This document shows, piece after piece, positions 21,483 to 30,367 of a stretch of 64,000 nt of DNA (position 1 is the first letter of the stretch; each line of letters begins with the position of its first letter). Position numbers and translations under genes: made by a program. The notes beneath the pieces are model-generated. The model was given only the letters and a program-made list of their open reading frames with translations. It made no database searches and was not told the DNA's origin. Origin of the DNA: Akkermansia sp. (lineage in GTDB: Bacteria; Verrucomicrobiota; Verrucomicrobiia; Verrucomicrobiales; Akkermansiaceae); assembly GCA_045614585.1 (NCBI GenBank), contig JAZLDD010000072.1, forward strand, positions 6,761-70,760, read 5' to 3'.

Positions 21483-22060
21483 TGCTTTTTAGTGCGGATG
21501 GCGGAGGAATATAATTCAGGTATAAGGCGGCCGTGCTCATCCTTGGTCGGAGCGGCGTTTTCCGGCAGCTCTGGCTTCGGGCGCGGGTCTTCATCCAGAT
21601 AGCGTTTTTCTTCTATTTCCGGGTCAACCGCCGTGAGCGTTTCGCTGATGCGCCTGAGGTCATAACCATTGAGACCTCCCCATATAATCAACTGCCCGTC
21701 CGAAATGCCGCAGTCTATTTCCAGCGGGTCAAATGCCAGCCCGTCTATGACGGGCAGCAGGTGCTTGCCGATATTCTGCTGGGTTTCAGTATAGAGCCTC
21801 GTACGGTACTCCTTGGGGGTGTAAAGTACCATGCCGTACGAACCATCATCTGCCATGAACGACTTGAACTTTTCAAAATGCTTGAGGCTCATGATGGGCA
21901 TGCGGTTATACATGCGCCCATTGTAGCGGACATTGAATGCCGCTCCTGCCTCAGGGTTGGAAGATTCCGTCAGGAAATAGGCCTTATACTGCTTCTGCTG
22001 GCAACTTGCCAGCAGCAGGGTAGCGGCCAATGCGCAGAGTGAAATGACAGTTGATTTCAT
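21479..22060 (-). CDS. Lipoprotein
   Basis: Lipobox LLASC. Confidence 0.75.
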   Translation of the reverse strand: MKSTVISLCALAATLLLASCQQKQYKAYFLTESSNPEAGAAFNVRYNGRMYNRMPIMSLKHFEKFKSFMADDGSYGMVLYTPKEYRTRLYTETQQNIGKHLLPVIDGLAFDPLEIDCGISDGQLIIWGGLNGYDLRRISETLTAVDPEIEEKRYLDEDPRPKPELPENAAPTKDEHGRLIPELYSSAIRTKKQ

Positions 22061-22089
22061 GTGTTACGGATATCGATGAAACAGATACT

Positions 22090-22716
22090 TTAACCATGCA
22101 GCAGATGCCGGCTCTTTATGCAATAGTTCGCGCCACTCCAGAGAGTGAGGAGCACGCTGAGCCACAGCGTGATTTCACGGAACCACCATCCACCTTCTCC
22201 TATACTCAGTGAGCGGAGCGGTTCAATCAGATTGCCACCATAGGCCAGCTGGGTCATACAGGCGATGCAGTATGTAAGCTGAGCTGCGGTTTTCCATTTT
22301 CCGCACTTATCAGCCGCTATGACCACTCCCTGCGCCACAGCAAGCTGCCGCAGACCGGTGACGAGAAATTCACGGAAAATGATAAGTATGGATACCCAGA
22401 ACGGGCAGATGCCGACGGCTGTGAGGTATATGAAAGCGGCGCTGACCAGAATTTTGTCCGCCAGCGGGTCGATGAGCTTACCGAAACTGGTCACAAGATT
22501 GTATTTGCGAGCCAGATAGCCATCGAAGAAGTCGGTGATGGCTGCTATGACAAATGCCCACAACGCAACACAGGCTGTGACAGAGATGGGGCAGAACCAA
22601 GCTCCTGTAATTTCATTGATGTAAGGCGAGACATTGCCGTCAATAGCGAGAGCCATTGTGTATACGATGACGAGAATGATGCGGGAAAGCGTGATGGTGT
22701 TCGGCAGATTAAGCAT
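22090..22716 (-). CDS. pgsA: CDP-diacylglycerol--glycerol-3-phosphate 3-phosphatidyltransferase
   Basis: NLPNTITLSR, TDFFDGYLAR..FGKLIDPLADK, GKWKT. Confidence 0.93.
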   Translation of the reverse strand: MLNLPNTITLSRIILVIVYTMALAIDGNVSPYINEITGAWFCPISVTACVALWAFVIAAITDFFDGYLARKYNLVTSFGKLIDPLADKILVSAAFIYLTAVGICPFWVSILIIFREFLVTGLRQLAVAQGVVIAADKCGKWKTAAQLTYCIACMTQLAYGGNLIEPLRSLSIGEGGWWFREITLWLSVLLTLWSGANYCIKSRHLLHG

Positions 22717-22847
22717 TGTATCACATGTTTTATAGCCCGCTTCTCGATGACTTGCAAGCAGAAATCAAGGCTGTATGCCAAAATCTGGTGGATTTTGTGA
22801 CAGATTCTTTGCTTGAATCCTGAAGACTTTTTGCTATACTTGCCCGC

Positions 22848-23588
22848 ATGAACGGTTTTCGTGCCACTATTCTTGTGCTGCTGGTCCTGACTGTCGGGCT
22901 TATGTTTTATGCCGTAACGGTTTTGCTGCCTGCTCGTCAGAGTCAGTACGAGATGTATCATACTCAGCTGAAAATCAATGAGTACGAGAAGCGTCAGCAG
23001 GAGCACGATGCTCGCATGGCAAGGCTCGGAGCTGAGACGGATACTCCGGAGGTGGCGGCTGCACGCGCTGCAGCAGAGGAAGAAGCAAAGAAAAACGAGG
23101 CCGATTTGACAGCTGCGGAGGAAAGCAGCGTGATTGCCTTTGCAAAACGCCGTCAGGAAATTGAAGAAGCTGCGACCGCTGCAGAAGATGCTGCAAAGCC
23201 GGCCCCGCTGGGTGCGGTTACAGCATATCTTGAAGACTGTGCGGTATTACTTTTCAAGGCTGATGGCTCCATGCCTGTGAATGAGGGCCTGATTATCGCC
23301 GTGCAGCGTGAGGATTACATTGTCTGCGAAGCCACTGTCGATGGCAGGGATGAAGAATCCGGTCAGTATACGGCGGCTATCAAGCCCGCGAATTTCGGCG
23401 GGGTCAAAGACCCGGTGGCAGAGGAAAACAGCAAGCCCCGCCCCGGGGATGTGGTGATTGTCTCTCCTTTCCTCAGCAGCCGTGACCTGCGGCTGGAAAA
23501 TTACGATTCTCAGAAAACACTTCCTCAGGAAAATCCGGCACCTGAAGCTCTGCCAGAGGTAGAGGCTCAGCTTACCCCGGTGCCGTGA
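22848..23588 (+). CDS. Membrane-anchored coiled-coil hypothetical protein
   Basis: N-terminal TM; TTGAAT-16-TATACT promoter 7 nt before ATG. Confidence 0.75.
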   Translation: MNGFRATILVLLVLTVGLMFYAVTVLLPARQSQYEMYHTQLKINEYEKRQQEHDARMARLGAETDTPEVAAARAAAEEEAKKNEADLTAAEESSVIAFAKRRQEIEEAATAAEDAAKPAPLGAVTAYLEDCAVLLFKADGSMPVNEGLIIAVQREDYIVCEATVDGRDEESGQYTAAIKPANFGGVKDPVAEENSKPRPGDVVIVSPFLSSRDLRLENYDSQKTLPQENPAPEALPEVEAQLTPVP

Positions 23589-23607
23589 AATTGTAACTAT
23601 TTGCCAC

Positions 23608-24531
23608 ATGCAAGCCTTATTCGACCGTTCCCCGAGCTTTTCGTTCGAGTTCTTCCCCCCGAAGACCTCTGAGGGCGCGGCGTCCTTGCTTGATACGGTG
23701 GTGAAACTGCAGGAATTTCACCCAAGTTTTGTTAGTGTCACCTACGGTGCGGGCGGCAGTTCCCGAGGCCTGACGCGTTCTCTGGTGCATGATATACAGA
23801 GCAGGGGAATCCCGACAGTTCCGCATCTTACCTGCGTGGGGCACAATGAAGCAGAAATGGAGGAAATCCTGCAAGGTTATATTAATGCCGGAGCCCGCGC
23901 CATTATGGTGTTGCGCGGCGACCCTCCTCGCAATGCACCCTATATCCCCCAGAATGATGCGTTCCGGCATGCGGTAGACCTGGTGCGTTTCATCCGCCGT
24001 TGGGAAGAACAGCAGAAGCTTCCGTTCCGTCTGACTCTTGGCGTGGCCGGGTTCCCTGAGGGACATCCCGATTCCCGGAACCGACTCAGAGAAATGGATT
24101 ATCTGAAAGCCAAGGTGGACGAAGGTGCTGATTACATCTGCACCCAGCTGTTTTTCGATAACCATGCCTTCTTTGATTTCCGGGACCGTTGCCGGTTAAT
24201 GGATATCAATGTGCCCATCATAGCAGGCATCATGCCCGTGACCTCCATTTCCAGCATGAATCGCATGGCTGAGCTTTCTGCCGGAACCAATTTCCCGGCC
24301 CGATTGCTGAAAGCCATGCTTCGAGCCGGAGGCGATAAATCTTCCATTGAGCGCATCGGCATAAACTACGCCAGCAACCAGTGCAGTGAACTACTGGATG
24401 CTGAAGTGGATGGCATCCATTTCTACACGCTGAATCGCTCCAAGGCAACGCTGGAGATATACCACAATCTCGGGTTCAATAATTATTTCGACCTTGAGCG
24501 CCTTCGCTCGCTTAACAGATTTTATAAATAA
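23608..24531 (+). CDS. metF: 5,10-methylenetetrahydrofolate reductase
   Basis: SFEFFPPK, SVTYGAGG, HLTC, LRGD, FPEGHP, TQLFFD, HFYTLN. Confidence 0.96.
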   Translation: MQALFDRSPSFSFEFFPPKTSEGAASLLDTVVKLQEFHPSFVSVTYGAGGSSRGLTRSLVHDIQSRGIPTVPHLTCVGHNEAEMEEILQGYINAGARAIMVLRGDPPRNAPYIPQNDAFRHAVDLVRFIRRWEEQQKLPFRLTLGVAGFPEGHPDSRNRLREMDYLKAKVDEGADYICTQLFFDNHAFFDFRDRCRLMDINVPIIAGIMPVTSISSMNRMAELSAGTNFPARLLKAMLRAGGDKSSIERIGINYASNQCSELLDAEVDGIHFYTLNRSKATLEIYHNLGFNNYFDLERLRSLNRFYK

Positions 24532-24542
24532 GACCACTTCAT

Positions 24543-25364
24543 ATGGACACGAACAGCAAGAATAACGAGGATACCATGCCCCTTACTCCGGAGGAAATCA
24601 AGGCAATCGGAGAAATTGCCATAGGCCCCTCCAAGCACGAACAGTTCCTCAATGCCCACTATAAGAAACTGATGTGGGGTGGTATCACACTCGGTGTTGC
24701 TGCCGGTGCAGTAATCGCATTCTTCTCTCATCGCAATGATATGCGCCAGGCTGCCGCTGCTCAAGTCGTGCAGGCTATGAAAATCACGGTGCCCGGTGAG
24801 GGTATCACCACAGCCGATGAGTATGATGCCGCCGCCTTGCAGTCTCTTCAGCAGACCTATTCCAACACTCCCTCTGCAATCACGGCGAACCTCTTGAGCG
24901 GGCTCTCTCAGCTGGCTAAGGGTGAAGCTGCCGGTGTGGGCACTCTTGAAAATGTAGCGGCCAGCTCAGCCCCGCTGCCTTTGCGAGCTCGCGCTCTTGC
25001 AGCCCTTGCGACCTATGAATTGCAGCAAGGCAAGGATTCTGCTCCTATCTGGACCCGGATCACGCAGATGGAGTCCAACCCATACTCTGCGCTCGCATAC
25101 CTGATGCTGGGTGATATTGCCAGTGCCAAAGGCGATAAAGACGCAGCCCGCAGCTGGTATGAGCAGTGCAAATCGAAGTGCCCTGCCAGTGCTCTGGTAA
25201 CCGATAAGACAGTGGAAATGCGCCTTACTCTGCTGGATGTTGACGCCCCGACTCCTGTTGAGCCGGTTGCTCAGCCCGAAACTCAGGAAAAAGAGAATCC
25301 TCTCGGGAATCCCTTTGGTGAGGTGCCCACAGTGGAAAATGTGGAATTTAACCCGGGTGAGTAA
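24543..25364 (+). CDS. Membrane-anchored TPR protein (YfgM-like)
   Basis: Single N-terminal TM followed by TPR-like helices (LGDIASAKGDKDAARSWY). Confidence 0.65.
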   Translation: MDTNSKNNEDTMPLTPEEIKAIGEIAIGPSKHEQFLNAHYKKLMWGGITLGVAAGAVIAFFSHRNDMRQAAAAQVVQAMKITVPGEGITTADEYDAAALQSLQQTYSNTPSAITANLLSGLSQLAKGEAAGVGTLENVAASSAPLPLRARALAALATYELQQGKDSAPIWTRITQMESNPYSALAYLMLGDIASAKGDKDAARSWYEQCKSKCPASALVTDKTVEMRLTLLDVDAPTPVEPVAQPETQEKENPLGNPFGEVPTVENVEFNPGE

Positions 25365-25372
25365 AGACGACC

Positions 25373-26197
25373 ATGGGGCTGTATCAGGACAATTTTTCCG
25401 GATTATCTGAGCTGGAGCGCCTTGCTGCCATGGCTCATGACCCGGTGCGCGTGCATGAAATCGGAGCCGATCAGTGGCCATTGACCATGATGGCTTGCGG
25501 CCTCATGGCCAGTAATGATGAGGAAAAACTCGAAGAAAACTTCGATATCTACGATATATTTGTTTCCAAAACATCCGTAGCCGCTCGCAAAAGCAGTCTG
25601 ATTCAGCTTTCTCGCTTCATTACCGGTCGCAAGGGTGAGGGCTGGAAAGCCATGATTCCCTACGCCACCAATGAGCCGGATGATGCACTGAGCCGCAAAG
25701 CTGCCACCTACGTGCTCACTCTGGCTCAGCCTGGCCCGTCTGAGCCTCTTGCCGGGGTGCAGGAGCTGGTGAATCGCCTGGTGCGAGACGAGTTTGCGCC
25801 CTCAACGCTCCTCGATGCCATCCTCAGCCTGGCAGATATGCGCGTGTTGCCTCTGCTTCAGCCGCTGCTGGATACGGATGACGACCGCATAGAAGAGCTG
25901 CTGGATGATATGGCGCCTACTCCCAATCGCCTCAGTTGCACATTTGCTCTGCGCGCCTTGGAAACGAAGCCTCAGCTCGCAGAGTCGGTTACAGACGCTC
26001 TCTGCCGCATGGCCCCGCTTTCTCCCGTCATTCTCGACCTTGCGCTGCCCATTCCTACCTGGGCATTCGCAAAACCCACTCCTCAGCCGCTCCACGGCTG
26101 GACCCCGGCAGAGTATTTCTCCCGCATGCTTCCGGAGCTGCAGCCTCATCTGGATGCAGACCAGCTCCAGCGTGTGCGCGAGGCATACAAAGCCTGA
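25373..26197 (+). CDS. Hypothetical alpha-helical protein
   Basis: Long ORF with host codon usage, in operon context. Confidence 0.7.
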   Translation: MGLYQDNFSGLSELERLAAMAHDPVRVHEIGADQWPLTMMACGLMASNDEEKLEENFDIYDIFVSKTSVAARKSSLIQLSRFITGRKGEGWKAMIPYATNEPDDALSRKAATYVLTLAQPGPSEPLAGVQELVNRLVRDEFAPSTLLDAILSLADMRVLPLLQPLLDTDDDRIEELLDDMAPTPNRLSCTFALRALETKPQLAESVTDALCRMAPLSPVILDLALPIPTWAFAKPTPQPLHGWTPAEYFSRMLPELQPHLDADQLQRVREAYKA

Positions 26198-26222
26198 CAC
26201 AATCAGATTTCGCAGACAGCCT

Positions 26223-26294
26223 GGCCCCGTAGTTCAATGGATAGAACGGCCCTCTCCTAAAGGGCAGATATGGGTTCGATTCCCGTCGGGGCTG
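26223..26294 (+). tRNA. tRNA-Arg(CCT), probable prophage attachment site
   Basis: Acceptor GGCCCCG/CGGGGCT, D arm GTTC/GAAC, anticodon stem GCCCT/AGGGC with loop CTCCTAA, T loop TTCGATT. Confidence 0.95.
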
Positions 26295-26377
26295 TTTGCT
26301 TGTTTTGTGCTAATAGCGCTAATAGTTTATTTTGCTTGATTTGTGAGGCGTTATTATTGTTAATAGCAACAGTTCGC

Positions 26378-26420
26378 TGCGCGAAAATTGCGCGACTCGC
26401 TGCGCGACTTTGCGCGACTT
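26378..26420 (+). repeat. Four TGCGCGA(CT) direct repeats, probable integrase arm-type sites
   Basis: TGCGCGA at 26378, 26389, 26401 and 26411, between the tRNA and the integrase. Confidence 0.65.
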
Positions 26421-26447
26421 GTTCCTATTAGCATATATTATCGTTCC

Positions 26448-27587
26448 ATGTCTCAATATTCTGTTTCTTTTAGCGTTTTTTCCGATGCTAAGTCTCCGTT
26501 CTGGTTGGCTCAGTTGGTGCGGCCTGATGGCTCGCGGGTAAAGAAGTCTACTAAGGTGCCGGTGGAGGGCGGGGTGTTCCAGGGGGAACGCCTTTCTAAG
26601 CCGCAGGCTAAGCGTAGGGCGCTGCTGGTTGCGCAGGAGTTGGCGGCCGCCGCTCAGGTGGAGGCTCAGCGCCAGGATAATTTGTCGGTCCGCGAGTTGT
26701 TTGATACGGTGCTGAAGGGGAAGCTGGGTCGGCTTTCGGTGGCTACGTATGCTAATGCGCGGACTACGTATGCCCAGTTCTGTAGTTGGCTGGGGGCTCG
26801 CCGGGCGGCTTCGCCGGCAAGGCTGGTGACCAGGGCGGATATTAAGCAGTGGGTGACTGACAGGCGGTGTGAGGTGCGGTGTAAGACGGTGCAGCATGGG
26901 CTGTATGTGCTGCGGGCGGCGTTTAATTGGGCGCTGGATGCGGAGCTGATTCCGCGGAATCCGTGTGACAGGGTTTCTGTGCCGCCGGATGGCAAGGATG
27001 AGAGGGTGGTGCATGAGGCGTTTACGCCGGAGGAGGTGCAGGTGCTGGTGGAGAAACTTCCGGATGAGTGGGCGGCGGCGGTGAGGTGTTGTCTGGGGAC
27101 TTTCGGGCAGCGTCTGGGGGATATTCGTAATTTGCGCTGGGATCAGTTTGATTGGGAGAGCCGGGTGGTTCACATCACGACTGGGAAGACGGCGCGGCGT
27201 TTGCAGCAGCCTATGCTGGATGGTTTTTATCAATGGGCGCGTGAGCGCTATGCCTGGGCGCAGGAGCATGGTGGGGATGCTGCGGTCTGGGTGTTACCTC
27301 GGCTGCGTTCTCATAGTAATCCCAGCCAGGAGTTCACGCAGCTGGTGCGGTTGCATGGTATCGGGCTGCAGGGTGCCGGTGGCCAGGGGAGGCGGCGTAC
27401 CTGGCATAGTAAGACTTTCCATTGCCTCCGCGCCACTGTTGTGACGATGCTTCATGCCAACGGGGTTAGCCAGGGTATGGCGATGGAGCTTGTCGGGCAT
27501 GATTCGCCGGAGGTGCATGCTGTGTATCTCAGGCCTACTCCGGATCAGTTGCGGGAAGCAGCAGGGAGATTGGCTATTGACTATTGA
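26448..27587 (+). CDS. Tyrosine recombinase / phage integrase
   Basis: RNPC, GQRLGDI (R), TGKT (K), FHCLR (HxxR), LVGH, VYLR; TATTAT 6 nt before ATG. Confidence 0.93.
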   Translation: MSQYSVSFSVFSDAKSPFWLAQLVRPDGSRVKKSTKVPVEGGVFQGERLSKPQAKRRALLVAQELAAAAQVEAQRQDNLSVRELFDTVLKGKLGRLSVATYANARTTYAQFCSWLGARRAASPARLVTRADIKQWVTDRRCEVRCKTVQHGLYVLRAAFNWALDAELIPRNPCDRVSVPPDGKDERVVHEAFTPEEVQVLVEKLPDEWAAAVRCCLGTFGQRLGDIRNLRWDQFDWESRVVHITTGKTARRLQQPMLDGFYQWARERYAWAQEHGGDAAVWVLPRLRSHSNPSQEFTQLVRLHGIGLQGAGGQGRRRTWHSKTFHCLRATVVTMLHANGVSQGMAMELVGHDSPEVHAVYLRPTPDQLREAAGRLAIDY

Positions 27588-27591
27588 CGAA

Positions 27592-27619
27592 AGAGCTCCG
27601 CATTTTGCGGAGCTTTTTT
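27592..27619 (+). terminator. Integrase terminator
   Basis: AGCTCCGCA-TTT-TGCGGAGCT followed by a T run. Confidence 0.75.
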
Positions 27620-27713
27620 GTGCAAAGTGCGGAGCTTTTTTGTGCAAAGTGCAGAGCTCTTTTGTGCAAAGCGCGGAGCTTGTCTAGGGAGTTCCCGCTT
27701 GTCTAGGGAGTTC
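27606..27713 (+). repeat. Tandem repeats: about 3.5 x 22 bp TGCGGAGCTTTTTTGTGCAAAG, then 2 x GCTTGTCTAGGGAGTTC
   Basis: Units at 27606, 27628, 27650 and partial 27672; second motif at 27678 and 27697. Confidence 0.85.
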
Positions 27714-28566
27714 AGGGTGTTGTCTGGGGCTCGTTATTTAGTTGAACGCATCTTCTGAATTTATTTTGGAAGCCTATGTTTCTATAATATTCTGGAGGTG
27801 ATATCAGGCCTTGTTGCAGAAGATAGTTCATGGTTTCGTTTGCGCCAGAGAGTTCAATCATATCGGTCCAGAGATACAAGAGGTTGGCTGCTGGAGCGGG
27901 TATGGAAGAGATGAAAAAATCTAAGTAGTATAGCTTTTCATCTTTATCGAGGGTGCGTTCATGATAGATGAAATTAGTAAGCTGAAGACATGATTTAATC
28001 CAGGCTTTTGTAGAGCCGTTTGTGAAGGTGTTATTGTTCGCATGGGTTTCTACTTGTGTATCAGACCATTTGTCAATTTTTCCTACGTTTTCAATGATTA
28101 TGTCGAGAGCCTCGAACCCTTTATGCGTAACAGGATGTGTTATTGCTGTGTTCGATTGAATCGGTTCTTCTTTTATTACACAGCAATTGGATTCTAACCT
28201 TTTTACATAATCTATGCGGCGATAAATTTCATCAGTCAATTTGCTTATTTTGGACTGTTTCTGCATTTCTTGCATCTCGTCGTGTTGTTGTTTTAGAGTT
28301 GCTATAAGTCCTGCAAATGCTAAGCCGGAGAAAAGACAACTCAGTGCCCCAAATTGGTCTCCGAAAATCCCTTTATTTTCTGGGTGTGGTAAATCGGTAA
28401 ACCAGTCGAGTATTGAATCGTAGGCGAAAACTAGAACAAGAATCACAGACCCTGTAACAAGAAGAACACGCCATTCTTTCATGTATGTTCCTAGGTAGGT
28501 GAGTATGATTAATATCGGGATAGGCAAGAGGTAGTAGTCTGGATAGACGGTAGGAGGGCTATCCAT
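27712..28566 (-). CDS. Membrane protein resembling the putative abortive-infection (putAbiC-like) family
   Basis: TM helices plus GIFGDQFGALSCLFSGLAFAGLIATLKQQ motif; AT-rich; directly downstream of CI. Confidence 0.6.
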   Translation of the reverse strand: MDSPPTVYPDYYLLPIPILIILTYLGTYMKEWRVLLVTGSVILVLVFAYDSILDWFTDLPHPENKGIFGDQFGALSCLFSGLAFAGLIATLKQQHDEMQEMQKQSKISKLTDEIYRRIDYVKRLESNCCVIKEEPIQSNTAITHPVTHKGFEALDIIIENVGKIDKWSDTQVETHANNNTFTNGSTKAWIKSCLQLTNFIYHERTLDKDEKLYYLDFFISSIPAPAANLLYLWTDMIELSGANETMNYLLQQGLISPPEYYRNIGFQNKFRRCVQLNNEPQTTP

Positions 28567-28568
28567 GG

Positions 28569-28994
28569 TTACTGATCTATGCGGAGTTTTGCAAATTCGT
28601 TAAGCAGTTCGCATACTGTATTGTTAATTTGTTGCTGGAGTGCGGAGAGCTTAGCTTCTACTTTTTTCTGGAACTCCGGAGGAAAATCTGCGGAAAGGTC
28701 AAGGAGACCGGTTATTTGGCTGGGAATGTGGCTGTCGGTAGATTTTGGGGCATTTGCTGCTTGTTCTTTTGTGAGGTCTTTATCCAAAAGGTCGGCTATA
28801 GAAACGGAGAAGTAGGTGCTTATTTTTTCCAGAATGGTGCGTTTGGGGATTCTTTGCTCTGTGAAGTAGCGGGAGAAAGATACTTTGTGGATGCCGAGAC
28901 GGTCAGCAATTTCACAGTCGAGTAACCCTGTTTTGTTAACTAGATGCCGCAGATTTAACAAAAACCTGCTCGTTTTGTTAATTTTTTCTTGCAT
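28569..28994 (-). CDS. XRE-family HTH prophage repressor (CI-like, no peptidase domain)
   Basis: NLRHLV..EIADRLGIHKVSFSRYFTEQRIP..LEKISTYFSVSIADLL; divergent from the Cro-like gene. Confidence 0.85.
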   Translation of the reverse strand: MQEKINKTSRFLLNLRHLVNKTGLLDCEIADRLGIHKVSFSRYFTEQRIPKRTILEKISTYFSVSIADLLDKDLTKEQAANAPKSTDSHIPSQITGLLDLSADFPPEFQKKVEAKLSALQQQINNTVCELLNEFAKLRIDQ

Positions 28995-29021
28995 TTTGTT
29001 TACAATTCTGTTAACTTGATG

Positions 29022-29117
29022 CCGTAACCGCGATACTGGTGACACGGAAAGGCGGTTACGGTAACACGCATTGTAACAAAATGAAGCGAAAAAACAATAA
29101 TAATGTTGCGGTAACGG
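29022..29117. promoter_or_regulatory. Candidate operator sites GCGGT(T/A)ACGG of the lysis/lysogeny switch
   Basis: CCGTAACCGC 29022-29031 is the exact reverse complement of GCGGTTACGG 29052-29061; GCGGTAACGG at 29108-29117. Confidence 0.6.
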
Positions 29118-29293
29118 CGCAGTACCTGGCCGATAAGGGGTATAGCATTACCCGTGCGGCTCAGGCTGCGGGGTGCAGCCCCAGCCACCTGACGCTGGTG
29201 TTGAAAGGGGAACGCAAGCCAAGCTCTGCCCTGGTGCAGAGGTTGCGGGATTTAACGCCTTACCACCCGGTTAAGTGCCTGGTGGAGTATTAA
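29081..29293 (+). CDS. Cro-like HTH regulator
   Basis: GYSITRAAQAAGCSPSHLTLVLKGERKPS. Confidence 0.85.
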   Translation: MKRKNNNNVAVTAQYLADKGYSITRAAQAAGCSPSHLTLVLKGERKPSSALVQRLRDLTPYHPVKCLVEY

Positions 29294-29341
29294 CCGATAG
29301 GTGACACCTAGAGTGCTATGGCTAAGAATATAGAAGCGTTT

Positions 29342-29893
29342 TCAATGAATGAGACCTTTGGGGGTAAGCAGGCCTCTGTCCATGAGGAAAAGTCTGCCTT
29401 TTTGCATGATTCCGTACCGGGTGCCGGCCCTGCTGTGGCTTCCGTAGATATGCCCCAGGTCTTCAAGATGGCGGGCGATGGTGTCGGTGTACGTTATATC
29501 CCATTGGAGCGTGTACGCGAGGTCTGGGAGGGGAATGCTTTCGTACGCTATGAGAACCCGGAGAATCTGAATTTGTTCTTCGGTGGGCTCTTTTGGGTTC
29601 TGCGGACGCTGGAGTTGCAGGTGTGCAAGTTGTCTTTGGAGGTGACGGTGCCGGGCGAGAAGCTGGCGGTGCTTGCTGATGAGTTGGCGCAGGTATGTGA
29701 GATGGCGCGGTATGCGAAGAAGCTGGCGGATGCTCTTGCGGATTGTAAGCAGACCCCGGGTTATTCCCCTGCATATTTGAAGCCTGAACCACAGAAACAG
29801 GCTGGTGGTGAATGTGATTGCTGTGCCGGTGATGGTGCTTTCGGCGATGTTGCTCCAGTCGATTCCGGCGAGAATGTTTCTGAGGGTTTCCAT
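29342..29893 (-). CDS. TM + coiled-coil + C-terminal winged-helix protein (antisense to the lytic operon)
   Basis: TEEQIQILRVL..LPDLAYTL..YGIMQKGRLFL wHTH pattern; TACACT 6 nt upstream of ATG. Confidence 0.6.
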   Translation of the reverse strand: METLRNILAGIDWSNIAESTITGTAITFTTSLFLWFRLQICRGITRGLLTIRKSIRQLLRIPRHLTYLRQLISKHRQLLARHRHLQRQLAHLQLQRPQNPKEPTEEQIQILRVLIAYESIPLPDLAYTLQWDITYTDTIARHLEDLGHIYGSHSRAGTRYGIMQKGRLFLMDRGLLTPKGLIH

Positions 29894-30031
29894 GCCGCAA
29901 GTGTATCGGATGTAGGTTGAATTTTCAAGTTGTGTTTTGTTATGGCAAAAATGGAAGACAAGAATAAGAAGGCCGCGGCTTGCTGCAACAAGCGCGCGGC
30001 GGATAGGGCGAAGGAGCTGGCCTGGTTGGAT

Positions 30032-30220
30032 TCAGCTCTCCTGGTTGAGTTTGAGAAGAAGCTGCTGGATGTGCTGGATGGCAAGGCGGGCTTCTTCGGG
30101 GGTGAGAATTACGGTGATTTCGCCGTCGGCCGGATTGTCTTGTCTGATTACGATGTGACCTTCTGCGCCGATGTAAATCTCTGCCCCGTAGCTTGGGGGA
30201 ATGGTGAATGTGGTGTCCAT
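30032..30220 (-). CDS. Small hypothetical protein (62 aa, antisense)
   Basis: TATAGT 6 nt upstream of ATG 30220; beta-strand segment followed by LTPEEARLAIQHIQQLL helix. Confidence 0.55.
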   Translation of the reverse strand: MDTTFTIPPSYGAEIYIGAEGHIVIRQDNPADGEITVILTPEEARLAIQHIQQLLLKLNQES

Positions 30221-30367
30221 GCGTTTACTATACAGGTTAGCGCGCGCGGTGGCAAGGTTGTTTCGTATGTGGTGCGAGGAAATGGGCCGCGCCAGGTTTA
30301 TGGCAGGGTGTTTCCTGACCGCTGATTGCTTTTTATTCATTATTCACTTTTTCACTATTCACTGATT

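Noticed and set aside
27606-27713. Possible CRISPR array
   Set aside because: Repeats are contiguous with no unique spacers, and there are no cas genes in the window
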